From a virus (lineage: Duplodnaviria; Heunggongvirae; Uroviricota; Caudoviricetes): a stretch of DNA of 64,000 nucleotides. The stretch lies in the IMG/VR virus record IMGVR_UViG_3300013121_000008, positions 1-64,000 of that record, one strand, 5' to 3'. The notes under the pieces are model-generated. The model ran no database searches, was not told the origin of the DNA, and was given only the letters and a program-made list of their open reading frames with translations. The position numbers and the translations under genes are program-made. Below, in pieces: positions 18,554-27,091 of the stretch (positions are counted from its first letter, which is position 1; the number at the start of each line of letters is the position of its first letter).

Positions 18554-18919
18554 TTACTCGGGAAGCTCAACATCTGGAGTAGAAGTTGCAGAAGACTGAC
18601 CAGCAGGATGGGCAACAAAGAGAGGAATGCCAACGACAAGCCACTCAGTAATGTACACATCATTGTCTGCGCCTTCAGGTCGCCACTTTCGAGTCTGGGG
18701 ACGAAGACTCATACTAAAGGCATCACCCTTGCTGTACTTATTGATGAATCCAGCCTGGGACTCCCAAAAGACAACTCGGAAGGCAGTCGGAGGATTATCG
18801 TCACCGCTGTTCACGAGGAAGGTACAAGTGGCACAACGCTTACCAGAGGTGGTGTCGCGAAGTTCGGGGTCAGCGGCTAACCGCGCATTGAACAGATGAA
18901 GCATAGCAGAGCTAATCAT
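18554..18919 (-). CDS. ssb: single-stranded DNA-binding protein (OB-fold SSB); GC-elevated
   Basis: Aligns with bacterial SSB: LHLFNARLAADPELRDTTSGKRCATCTFLV ... AFRVVFWESQAGFINKYSKGDAFSMSLRPQTRKW ... DVYITEWLV (compare E. coli ...VYIEGQLRTRKW...). The ORF as tracked starts at a TTG; the ATG at 18919 is the likelier start. Confidence 0.65.
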   Translation of the reverse strand: MISSAMLHLFNARLAADPELRDTTSGKRCATCTFLVNSGDDNPPTAFRVVFWESQAGFINKYSKGDAFSMSLRPQTRKWRPEGADNDVYITEWLVVGIPLFVAHPAGQSSATSTPDVELPE

Positions 18920-18944
18920 TTTATTTCTCCTTAATTTACTTAAT

Positions 18945-20459
18945 TTACTTGCCGAAATTGACAATTTTTTCCTTCAATTCATCAGACAAAACGTGGGGAT
19001 ACCAAGAAGGACGAGCATCCCATTCACGATCCAAACGCTCTCGCATTTCACTAAAATCTTCGAACTTGTACTCAACAGGACCAAAATCCCAAACGGTTTC
19101 AAGTAAGTTATGAGTATCTATAATATGGTCACGCCAAGTAGAAGAAGTTTCAGGATATACACTAATTCCATTTCCACGATTGTAAACAGTCAGTCGGCCA
19201 GGAAGAGAATTCTTTAGAGGGTCAGTCTTAGGAGTCTTACGAATATCATAACGAATATTGTTTAGAACTCGCTCTGAAACCTTCGATGCAACCTTCAGGC
19301 TATCTCGATTCTGCTTCTGAAGCAACCCACCGCCCATACCGTATGCAACATTCTGAGCGGAAAACTGCATAGACTCTACAGCATCAGCAATCCTAAAGAG
19401 TTCAGTGATATCGATACCATCACCCTGAATGACCGCAGCACCATCAAGAACCATGAATCCCTTGCTGTTTACTCGGAAACCGAAATGCTTCTTGAGATAG
19501 TGAAGTCCGTTCTCAACACAAGCGATTGGGTCACCAGAGTCAGGACGAGCTACGAAAAGAATATTCTTTTGCTTTGCAAGACGAACAATATCAGGAGGAA
19601 GATTTCGAAGACATTCATCGTAATCACGACTATCTGCAACGAAACTACAGATACAGTTTTCAGGAAGCTTCTTAAGAATTGCTCGCATAGCTTCATAGTC
19701 GCTAAAGTATGAAGTCATAACAGAGTGCTCAGAAGCGTAAACAGAAAAACCTACAGGCTTATCGTTGTTCCAACGCTTTCCAATCCAAGCGGCAGGAAGA
19801 GTGTCAGTTCCCTCAAAAGTAAGCAGATGAGCAAGACCAGTTACCATAGCAGTTTCAACAGAGCTTACGCCTCGATAACCGAAATCGTGAAGACGAGAGC
19901 GAAGTAGAAACATCAAATCGTCTTCAACACTATTCTTAAACTTTTCGCGAAGATACTGATAAACAATACGAGACTTAGTAGCCGTAGTAGTTGCGGACCA
20001 GGCGTGAGTCCAAGTACCTTCGAAATAAGTGATTAGGTCTTCAAATCCATCAGCAGCCTGAATCTGAAGTAGAGGAACATGGGGGTAAACAACAGAGCCG
20101 TCACGAACCATTTGAATCTTGAAAGGCAGATAGCCACCTTCATTAACTACTCGCTGAAAAAGCTCACGAGGCCACATGTAAGGCTGACTACCAACGTGAT
20201 GGTCCTTCCAAACATAATCAGCTTCGTCAATATCTTGCTGAGTAATTCGGCGTGAAATTAGAGTATCGAAAATGTAGCGGAAACCAGAGGCAACGATACG
20301 ATGGTCATTCGTTACTTCGGGAAGAGGTCCACGAGCTTCCATATAAGCACTAAATTCATCAGCTTCGTTAAGCATGAAAAAGTGTCCACCCTTATAACTA
20401 TCAGTCCGAAGGAGGAAAGGAACATCATAAACATTACTACGAGTAGGAAAAGGATACAT
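18945..20459 (-). CDS. nadV: nicotinamide phosphoribosyltransferase (NAMPT/NadV)
   Basis: N-terminal LLRTDSYKGGHF is the NAMPT TDSYK signature; 504 aa, the usual size. Confidence 0.8.
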   Translation of the reverse strand: MYPFPTRSNVYDVPFLLRTDSYKGGHFFMLNEADEFSAYMEARGPLPEVTNDHRIVASGFRYIFDTLISRRITQQDIDEADYVWKDHHVGSQPYMWPRELFQRVVNEGGYLPFKIQMVRDGSVVYPHVPLLQIQAADGFEDLITYFEGTWTHAWSATTTATKSRIVYQYLREKFKNSVEDDLMFLLRSRLHDFGYRGVSSVETAMVTGLAHLLTFEGTDTLPAAWIGKRWNNDKPVGFSVYASEHSVMTSYFSDYEAMRAILKKLPENCICSFVADSRDYDECLRNLPPDIVRLAKQKNILFVARPDSGDPIACVENGLHYLKKHFGFRVNSKGFMVLDGAAVIQGDGIDITELFRIADAVESMQFSAQNVAYGMGGGLLQKQNRDSLKVASKVSERVLNNIRYDIRKTPKTDPLKNSLPGRLTVYNRGNGISVYPETSSTWRDHIIDTHNLLETVWDFGPVEYKFEDFSEMRERLDREWDARPSWYPHVLSDELKEKIVNFGK

Positions 20460-20476
20460 TTTTTTATTTCCTTAAT

Positions 20477-21511
20477 TTAAGTTAATTTTTCATTAAAATA
20501 CATATAGTTGATTATGTCTAGATGGTCTTCATGTACTAAACCAATCTTTGAAAATCTCCATATGTCATAGTAGTCGAACCAAGCGACAGCGATAGCATCG
20601 TCTCCTGCTCTTACCTCACTCACGTCAAAAGAATCTTCTAATTCAAACAGAAAAGCTTTACTTGTTTTTCTATTGGGACTTCTTCCTGGACTATCGAAAT
20701 CTTGAATTTTCTTAACCATATTGACAGTTAAAGATAAGTTAGTTTCTTCCTTCAATTCACGAAGGATTCCATTTACATATCTTTCATCAGCGTTTAGATG
20801 ACCACCCGGAAGTGCCAGTTTTCCATTATCTTCTCTTTTAACCGTTAGTATCTTATTTTTATAAACCACAACAGCATCAACACAAGGGAATATTGGATCC
20901 CAAGGCATATATTTATTATCTTTACTTCTTACGATACTGTATTCGTTTTTCTTTTCCATTTGAGCCAAATAATCTTTATGGGAATAATTTGTATTAAATG
21001 GATCAGAGGAACACAATATAGAATAAGTGCTGTTTGGAACCTTATTTATTAGGTAATGAAGTTGTTGATGGAAAATATAAGGTCTTAAATCAGAAGCATG
21101 GAAATCCGACTTGTGTTCCTTAAAAACCTTTTTCCAGTTAGGAAATAAATTCAGATAATAACTACTATCATCAGAATGCGTTCCTATTAGAGTAAAGTAA
21201 TTGCCAAACAATTCATTCGAAACAGCTCGATAGATTTCAAATTCCCACATTCTGTCGGAATAAGGATAATCGTTTGCGTGAATGAAATAAATTGGCTTAT
21301 TAGATATTGTACTCCAATAATCACTAATCATCTGTTCGCGCTGCGCGATTGAGAAAGGATTTTTGAAATCAATTCGATTACAAGACCCTAAAACTACAAT
21401 TAAATACTTATATTTAGCAGCTTCTATAAATAGATGTAGGTGATTATTGTGAAGAGGCTGGAACCTACCAATAATTACAGCAACACTATTGCTTTCTACT
21501 TCGTTAATCAT
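20477..21511 (-). CDS. natV: bifunctional NMN adenylyltransferase / Nudix hydrolase (NatV/NadM-Nudix)
   Basis: N-terminal VIIGRFQPLHNNH (nucleotidyltransferase motif); C-terminal Nudix box LPGGHLNADERYVNGILRELKEETNL. Confidence 0.75.
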   Translation of the reverse strand: MINEVESNSVAVIIGRFQPLHNNHLHLFIEAAKYKYLIVVLGSCNRIDFKNPFSIAQREQMISDYWSTISNKPIYFIHANDYPYSDRMWEFEIYRAVSNELFGNYFTLIGTHSDDSSYYLNLFPNWKKVFKEHKSDFHASDLRPYIFHQQLHYLINKVPNSTYSILCSSDPFNTNYSHKDYLAQMEKKNEYSIVRSKDNKYMPWDPIFPCVDAVVVYKNKILTVKREDNGKLALPGGHLNADERYVNGILRELKEETNLSLTVNMVKKIQDFDSPGRSPNRKTSKAFLFELEDSFDVSEVRAGDDAIAVAWFDYYDIWRFSKIGLVHEDHLDIINYMYFNEKLT

Positions 21512-21700
21512 TTAAATTCCAACTGTAACTTCAAAAGAATTTATTACGCTAATTTTATTTAGAAAGTGAGTTTCATTAATCTTGGGGACACGAGTTAAAA
21601 GAAGCTTGATTGCTTCTTCTTCATCTTCACCAACAATATTAACAGCATATTCACTATTATCTTCCATGGAGATCATGCTTATGTTATAGATCTTCTTCAT
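21512..21700 (-). CDS. hypothetical protein
   Basis: 62 aa ORF. Confidence 0.25.
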   Translation of the reverse strand: MKKIYNISMISMEDNSEYAVNIVGEDEEEAIKLLLTRVPKINETHFLNKISVINSFEVTVGI

Positions 21701-21945
21701 TGTTTCATTCTCTCCAGAAGTTTATTACTGTAAGATTTATTTGGAAATTGTTTATTTACAAAGGAGTCATTGAAATCAGTTTTAACTAATTTTCTTTTTA
21801 ATCTTTTTTCTAAACAATCTATACACAACATTCCTTCTTTGGAGTTATGTATAGAGAACCATATTTCATCTTTTAACATGTAAAATTCATTAACTTTTCC
21901 AGTATCAATTTTACAATCTAAGCAAAGAAATTTGATTCTTGACAT
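21697..21945 (-). CDS. hypothetical zinc-ribbon protein
   Basis: 82 aa; CLDC...CIDC pairs. Confidence 0.3.
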   Translation of the reverse strand: MSRIKFLCLDCKIDTGKVNEFYMLKDEIWFSIHNSKEGMLCIDCLEKRLKRKLVKTDFNDSFVNKQFPNKSYSNKLLERMKQ

Positions 21946-21961
21946 TTAGTTTACCTTTAAA

Positions 21962-22037
21962 TGGTCCCCCCAGAAGGATTTGAACCTTCGACCGTCGGAT
22001 TAAGAGCCCGCTGCTCTACCAACTGAGCTATAGGAGG
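21962..22037 (-). tRNA. tRNA-Lys(CTT)-like, CCA encoded (anticodon assignment tentative)
   Basis: CCTCCTA TA GCTCAGTTGGTAGAGC ... loop CTCTTAA ... GAAGG-TTCAAAT-CCTTC-TGGGGGG-A-CCA; acceptor has G-U pairs. Confidence 0.45.
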
Positions 22038-22182
22038 GTTTTAATTTTACGAATTCCTATTTTAGTAAATACAACTGGTACTGCTGCAATTGTGAGAATT
22101 GCATTTGGTAGTGCCTTTGTGAAAGCTGCTACAGAAGCAGTAGCGAATAAAATAGAAAGTTTCATTTGTTTCTCATTTTAAG

Positions 22183-22268
22183 TGGTGGCCTAGGTGGGAC
22201 TTGAACCCACACTCCCATACGGGAATCAGATTTTGAGTCTGACGCGTCTACCATTCCGCCACACGGCC
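22183..22268 (-). tRNA. tRNA-Leu(CAA), class II, CCA encoded
   Basis: GGCCGTG TG GCGGAATGGTAGACGCG TCAGACTCAAAATCTGA + long variable arm + GTGGG-TTCAAGT-CCCAC ... CCA; two acceptor-stem mispairs. Confidence 0.5.
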
Positions 22269-22273
22269 ATTAT

Positions 22274-22462
22274 TTATTTATATTTCCATTCATCATCTGG
22301 ATCACCTGTATGTTTTATTATGACAGGTGTTTTCTTTTCAATTAGATTTCCTTTTGAATCTGTAATGAAATAGCTTGAATGCCCACAATTCAACATGGGA
22401 CCATCTCCCATTCTTCCATCTTCGTATGCTTCTTCTTTACATATAGGACATATCTTTTTCAT
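22274..22462 (-). CDS. hypothetical zinc-ribbon protein
   Basis: 62 aa; CPICK...NCGH. Confidence 0.3.
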   Translation of the reverse strand: MKKICPICKEEAYEDGRMGDGPMLNCGHSSYFITDSKGNLIEKKTPVIIKHTGDPDDEWKYK

Positions 22463-22479
22463 TTGAATCCTTTTCTAAA

Positions 22480-22553
22480 TGGCAGGGGTAGTAGGATTCG
22501 AACCTACGCATGGGAGGGTCAAAGCCTCCTGCCTTACCGCTTGGCTATACCCC
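22480..22553 (-). tRNA. tRNA-Gln(TTG), CCA encoded
   Basis: TGGGGTA TA GCCAAGCGGTAAGGC AGGAGGCTTTGACCCTCC ... GTAGG-TTCGAAT-CCTAC-TACCCCT-G-CCA. Confidence 0.55.
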
Positions 22554-22698
22554 ATCGAGTATGAAGCCAAAAGAGGGAATGAATGAATCTTTTGGATAGT
22601 AAAGTAAATAGAGATCACAAGGTAAACTAAAGATTCCAGAGAAGATTTTGAATTTCTTATAGCCTGTATTTTGTCTACCTTGTTCCCATTTCATTTAT

Positions 22699-23001
22699 TT
22701 ACTCAAGTGTAATTTTTTGGTTTGCATTGCATTTTCGGCAAACCAAGTATTGAGAACCATCCAAATTTCGCGAGACGCCATTCCATCTCCAATCATGTTC
22801 GCAAATTGCCTGCAAAGCTTTTATTTTTTCTTGAAGAATATTTATCATTTCATCATGAAAAGATATTAAAGGAACAATAATATCTATTTTTTCAATAAGA
22901 TTTTTACTTTTATAAAACAAACGGAGTCTATTAAGTTCACATACGAAATCTCTATGTTGGTCTATTTCGTTTTTCAAACTTATTATCTCTTTGTTTTTCA
23001 T
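22699..23001 (-). CDS. hypothetical protein with C-terminal zinc ribbon
   Basis: 100 aa ORF. Confidence 0.3.
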   Translation of the reverse strand: MKNKEIISLKNEIDQHRDFVCELNRLRLFYKSKNLIEKIDIIVPLISFHDEMINILQEKIKALQAICEHDWRWNGVSRNLDGSQYLVCRKCNANQKITLE

Positions 23002-23004
23002 TTT

Positions 23005-23379
23005 TTATCGGGGAATCATATTGTAATCCGGAACTACAACCTTACAGTTCGTATTCTGACCCATAGGCGCCCAATTCAGGTCATAACCACACTCAATTGG
23101 TCGTGTAACGTTGTTGGAGTCAAGATAAGAACAAGAAACGTAGCCGTCTCCATCACTATCCCTACCGGAACAAGTAACACGAATGGCATCACGATCCATT
23201 CCCATATCTCGGGCCCAATTTCGAGCATTGCGAGTTGCACTCTGGATATTGCTGTCAACACTCGTGAATCGTGCCACGCCTCCCAGAGCAATTAAAGCAA
23301 GAATACCGAGAATAGCAACGACGACCATTAGCTCGATAAGGGAGAAACCATTCTGCCCTTCGCCCCAGAAATTATACAT
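23005..23379 (-). CDS. type IV pilin / pseudopilin-like protein (class III signal peptide)
   Basis: Leader MYNFWGEGQNG followed by FSLIELMVVVAILGILALIALG, the prepilin cleavage/methylation consensus with Glu at +5. The Cys-rich C-terminal domain resembles pilin disulfide bonding. The ORF track extends to 23574 with a TTG start; the ATG at 23379 gives a leader of pilin-like length. Confidence 0.55.
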   Translation of the reverse strand: MYNFWGEGQNGFSLIELMVVVAILGILALIALGGVARFTSVDSNIQSATRNARNWARDMGMDRDAIRVTCSGRDSDGDGYVSCSYLDSNNVTRPIECGYDLNWAPMGQNTNCKVVVPDYNMIPR

Positions 23380-23595
23380 GGGAATCTGAGCGGGAGTAGG
23401 AACATGATTGAAAAGAGTAATCTGTTCCGGCTCTTCTGTAAAGTTATGCATGGGAATCTGAGATACAAGAACACCCTTTTCAGTTAGATTATCCTCAAAT
23501 CGAGGACCATCCAAAGCGTCAGCGATGAAAGAAGGAGCAGAAAGAAGAATACCAAGCATACGAAGAATGAACATTATTACCTCTATTTGAGTGTT

Positions 23596-24147
23596 TTAAG
23601 AAACAAGATGCTTAAAGTTTTGATGAAAATGATGGAAAATGATTGAACCAACGGCGCTTACGTTCATACTATTAACAGGTCCACACATTTCTACGTGCCA
23701 AACAATAGAATTGTAAAGAATCTCTACGGGAACCCCATGAGTTTCGTGACCCAAACAAATACAAACCTTATTGGTAGGAAATTCTCCTATATTTTCAGAT
23801 TCATCATTCTTTTCCATTGAAATTAGAGTGATGTCGTTATCCCTACAAAATCCAATGAAATCAGAAGGTCGCTTGAAGTTTTTAATTGTAATTACATTGT
23901 TAGTACCACAACTAATCTTACGAAGAGTTTTGTACTCAGGTTTAGCTCCAATTATATAGCAAGTCTCTATTCCGAATGCAACAGCACTACGGATTAGAGC
24001 AGCAATATTTTCTTCACTATTAAGATTTGGAATACAGAACGATGAACCTGGAATTACTTTACGCTTTCCTCCATTTTCAGCAAGAAGCCTCACGGCAATT
24101 TCAGCCCGAGTCTCAGTACGAGGAGGAATGTAACAACTGATATCCAT
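23596..24147 (-). CDS. SpoU/TrmH-family (SPOUT) RNA 2'-O-methyltransferase
   Basis: C-terminal CLGHETHGVPVEIL...NSMNVSAVGSIIFHHF resembles the SpoU motifs LGxExxGL...SLNVSVAAxI. Confidence 0.55.
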   Translation of the reverse strand: MDISCYIPPRTETRAEIAVRLLAENGGKRKVIPGSSFCIPNLNSEENIAALIRSAVAFGIETCYIIGAKPEYKTLRKISCGTNNVITIKNFKRPSDFIGFCRDNDITLISMEKNDESENIGEFPTNKVCICLGHETHGVPVEILYNSIVWHVEMCGPVNSMNVSAVGSIIFHHFHQNFKHLVS

Positions 24148-24174
24148 TTTTAATTCCTTATGAATATAAGCTAA

Positions 24175-24672
24175 TTAAGAGTATAAACTAATTGAATAGT
24201 TTGTATCTTCGAAAGTTTTAACAATCATAGGCTCAACTTTTGCCCAGTTAAGTCCGCCGTTGCCACAACCCAATCGAGGTATACTAATTGTTAAAGGATC
24301 AGATATACCAGTTATAAGATCTACAAAAGTTCCTTCTGGAAACTCTCTCTTCAAAAACTTTTTGAATCTTATTAGACCAGCTTCAATCCATTCATATTTT
24401 GATGGATCTTTCCAATGATTTTTTGTAGCAAAGTTAATGATTAACTTTTCTTTTAAACTCAAAGGATCTTTAAGTGTTAGAGGATATATACCGCCCGCAA
24501 CAAGAATCTTTTTGCTACAAGCATTTCTATATGGAAGCATGAGTGAGTTACCATACCTTTCTTTAAAAGCTAAGGCAACTCCTTTTCCCATGACTCCAAC
24601 ACAATTTACCGTATTAACCAATATGTAATCATTTGAATCTACAATGTTACCAGTGCTGTAAATGATTTTCAT
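24175..24672 (-). CDS. Macro domain protein (ADP-ribose binding/processing, Macro_2/TARG1-like)
   Basis: ILVNTVNCVGVMGKGVALAFKERY is the diagnostic glycine-rich macro-domain motif; 165 aa. Confidence 0.6.
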   Translation of the reverse strand: MKIIYSTGNIVDSNDYILVNTVNCVGVMGKGVALAFKERYGNSLMLPYRNACSKKILVAGGIYPLTLKDPLSLKEKLIINFATKNHWKDPSKYEWIEAGLIRFKKFLKREFPEGTFVDLITGISDPLTISIPRLGCGNGGLNWAKVEPMIVKTFEDTNYSISLYS

Positions 24673-24685
24673 TTTGATTCCTTAT

Positions 24686-24711
24686 GCGCTCGCTTCGCTC
24701 GCGCTTCGCGC
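24686..24711. repeat. GC-rich 19-mer repeat copy 1 (GCGCTCGCTTCGCTCGCGC)
   Basis: Sits 15-40 nt upstream of the Macro-domain gene start, followed by the hairpin GCGCTTCGCGC. Confidence 0.5.
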
Positions 24712-24716
24712 TTTCA

Positions 24717-25016
24717 TTAGATAAACTTGTGCTTTCGAAGAAGCTCCCTATCTTCCTTTTTCATATTTGACAAAAGAACGTTGCTCATAAGATATCGACA
24801 CCTAGTCAATTCTAAATTCTTTTGAGCTTCCTTAGCTTTCCTACGAGCATCTTCTTCCTTGTGCTCGTGCCACCATTCATCGAGTGAAGGATTTAGAGCA
24901 AAGTTATGACTGTAAGTTTCTAAGGAAGAACAAGCCGAACACAAAAGAACCTTTAAGTCTTCAATTTTCTTTTTATCCTGATAATAATAATCTGGAGGAT
25001 CAGTACGACACGGCAT
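24717..25016 (-). CDS. hypothetical Cys-containing protein (paralog of 25042..25302)
   Basis: 99 aa; shares the C-terminal ...TRCRYLMSN...RELLRKHKFI pattern with the adjacent ORF. Confidence 0.35.
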   Translation of the reverse strand: MPCRTDPPDYYYQDKKKIEDLKVLLCSACSSLETYSHNFALNPSLDEWWHEHKEEDARRKAKEAQKNLELTRCRYLMSNVLLSNMKKEDRELLRKHKFI

Positions 25017-25041
25017 GTTTATTTCCTTTTTGAAACAGTTT

Positions 25042-25302
25042 TTAATCAGTGAAACCGTGCTTGCTCAACAAACGCTTAGTTTCATAAGACATATCCTTGT
25101 AGAGAATATACTTTATCTGCTCTTGACAATGCTTAATCTCAAGAGCTTCCTGAGCATCTCGAAAAGCTTTCTTTCGAATTTCAGTAACAGCATTTTTTGC
25201 ACTGTCGGTAACAGCATTTTTCGCATCGTAAGAATTAAAAAATACATAACAAGTACAAGAATCACCAGTAAAACGTTTGCAACAATGAGAACAGTAATTC
25301 AT
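25042..25302 (-). CDS. hypothetical Cys-containing protein (paralog of 24717..25016)
   Basis: 86 aa; ...HCQEQIKYILYKDMS...RLLSKHGFTD; internal AKNAVT duplication. Confidence 0.35.
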   Translation of the reverse strand: MNYCSHCCKRFTGDSCTCYVFFNSYDAKNAVTDSAKNAVTEIRKKAFRDAQEALEIKHCQEQIKYILYKDMSYETKRLLSKHGFTD

Positions 25303-25354
25303 TTTATTTTATTCTTTTTTGAATTGGATGGTATTTATTAGTAGACGATGTTAA

Positions 25355-25954
25355 TTAAATAGAAATCTCGCCAATTCGCATTTTTCTACCTACTTCACAC
25401 CACAACTGAAAGTGATTATTGCGAGTGTTCCTAATTAGTTCAGAACAAATACTTTTGTATGATTCATTTTCAATTTTCTTACGAGCATTGTTAGCTCGAA
25501 TTTCCTTTATACGCTTAATTTCAAGCTCATAGTCTCTTGACAAGCGCTGGTAATCACGATTTTGATATTCATGAATAATACGAGCAGAAGGCTTTTGAGC
25601 TTCCTCGACATATTCAGTGACGATACAGATTTCTTCCCCTGAACTCCTGTCGTATTCATAGTCTTTATCTATATAAGTATATTCTTCATTTTCAGAAGTA
25701 TAAACTACACTCAAAGAAAGCGTAACAGAATATGGACCCTTCCTGTGCTTCGCCGCAATCATCCTCATCGTTTCATCAATACTTACACCAGATTCTACTT
25801 CATAAACCTCAACAATGGTTTCAGAAGGAATAGAAGGAGTCTTAGGAACATCTTGAATTGCTTTCATCTTGGGAAGATTAACAAGTCCAAGTTCACGATA
25901 ATTAATACACAAGTAGTTATAAATATCTTGGTCAGTAAATTTAGTCTTAGACAT
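25355..25954 (-). CDS. hypothetical protein
   Basis: 199 aa ORF. Confidence 0.4.
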   Translation of the reverse strand: MSKTKFTDQDIYNYLCINYRELGLVNLPKMKAIQDVPKTPSIPSETIVEVYEVESGVSIDETMRMIAAKHRKGPYSVTLSLSVVYTSENEEYTYIDKDYEYDRSSGEEICIVTEYVEEAQKPSARIIHEYQNRDYQRLSRDYELEIKRIKEIRANNARKKIENESYKSICSELIRNTRNNHFQLWCEVGRKMRIGEISI

Positions 25955-26204
25955 ATTGGATTTTCCATCCTTTCATTATATTAAGAAATTCTTCTAAAGA
26001 ATCTATGTTGTAGATGTCTGGGCCGCAAGCATCTGCCATAATTGTTCCATCTTCTTTTATATAGTAAGCAAGCCTATAATCACATACTAATTTCTTAGTA
26101 ATATTATAAGTAGCTACTACATATATAGAATCTTTATCTTTGAAATAATAATGAATTAAATTATCTTTATTATCATTTTCGTCAGGACAAAGAAAGAATT
26201 CCAT
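25947..26204 (-). CDS. hypothetical protein
   Basis: 85 aa ORF overlapping upstream gene by 8 nt. Confidence 0.3.
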   Translation of the reverse strand: MEFFLCPDENDNKDNLIHYYFKDKDSIYVVATYNITKKLVCDYRLAYYIKEDGTIMADACGPDIYNIDSLEEFLNIMKGWKIQYV

Positions 26205-26225
26205 TATTATTTATTTCCTCTATAT

Positions 26226-26990
26226 TTAAGTCCTATATTCCATAAAAGGAGTACGATCAGGACCAGGAGAAGTAATTGGAACAACACCAGTTATATTCTT
26301 AGTGTATGGCCAATGATAGGGAGCATTAGAAGGCATAGAAATTCGAAGAATCTGCCTCTTAGTGTCATGAGGAACATGAACAGCCTCATGAACACAGAGT
26401 CCAGAACACCACCATGCTTCATTGTCTTTGAAATCAATAGGAATCTTACACTGATTACGAAGATGTTCACAATCACCTTCATTACCAGGCAATCCATCAA
26501 AATTCTGAATGTAGCTTCGAGTTCCATTGTTAGAAGCAAGAAGAATCATCCCACCCTTATTACCTTTTGAAGAAGCGTAAGCGGAACCTCCACCACCGTA
26601 TGGAGCATATCCACCGCCATAAGGATTAAAATTACGATTTCTATAGTAAGAACCATAGGGGGAATCTTGAGTAATACCTCCACCGTAGGGATTACCACCA
26701 CCGTATGCCGAGCAAGAAACGCCATCAACATGGAGTCCAGGGCGTCGATGAGTAGTTCCCGCAACAACCTCTGCCTCATCGATAGTAAGATAACCAATTC
26801 CCTTATTCGCACCGTTATTTATAATCTTATTCATACGAATCAAATCATAAACCAAATCTGCATAACCACCAACCTGATCTTTACTAAGAGAACTCTTATC
26901 GTTAAAATCAAAAGGCATCATCATTACCCTCAAACCTGTGTAAGAAGGCATAGTAAAGTTACCAAGACGAAACGCTTCAGATTTAAACAT
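26226..26990 (-). CDS. hypothetical protein with Gly/Tyr-rich (PYGGG) repeat region and HxD motif
   Basis: 254 aa; HRRPGLHVDG (possible 2OG-Fe(II) oxygenase-like H-x-D) followed by GGNPYGGG...NPYGGGYAPYGGGG low-complexity region. Confidence 0.4.
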   Translation of the reverse strand: MFKSEAFRLGNFTMPSYTGLRVMMMPFDFNDKSSLSKDQVGGYADLVYDLIRMNKIINNGANKGIGYLTIDEAEVVAGTTHRRPGLHVDGVSCSAYGGGNPYGGGITQDSPYGSYYRNRNFNPYGGGYAPYGGGGSAYASSKGNKGGMILLASNNGTRSYIQNFDGLPGNEGDCEHLRNQCKIPIDFKDNEAWWCSGLCVHEAVHVPHDTKRQILRISMPSNAPYHWPYTKNITGVVPITSPGPDRTPFMEYRT

Positions 26991-27002
26991 TATTATTCCT
27001 TA

Positions 27003-27091
27003 TATTTAAGTACCGAAAGTAAGATTCGAACTTACATCTACGAGGTAAGATTGGATACTCACTGGCATGTATATAATAACCCAATTATATG
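27003..27091 (-). ncRNA. tRNA-like element (canonical acceptor + T-arm, aberrant core)
   Basis: Perfect acceptor ACCGAAA/TTTCGGT and T-arm GTAAG-TTCGAAT-CTTAC, but no canonical anticodon arm could be folded by eye. Confidence 0.3.

Noticed and set aside
18449-18880. 143-aa plus-strand ORF
   Set aside because: Antisense to the SSB gene, which has clear homology; no start context.
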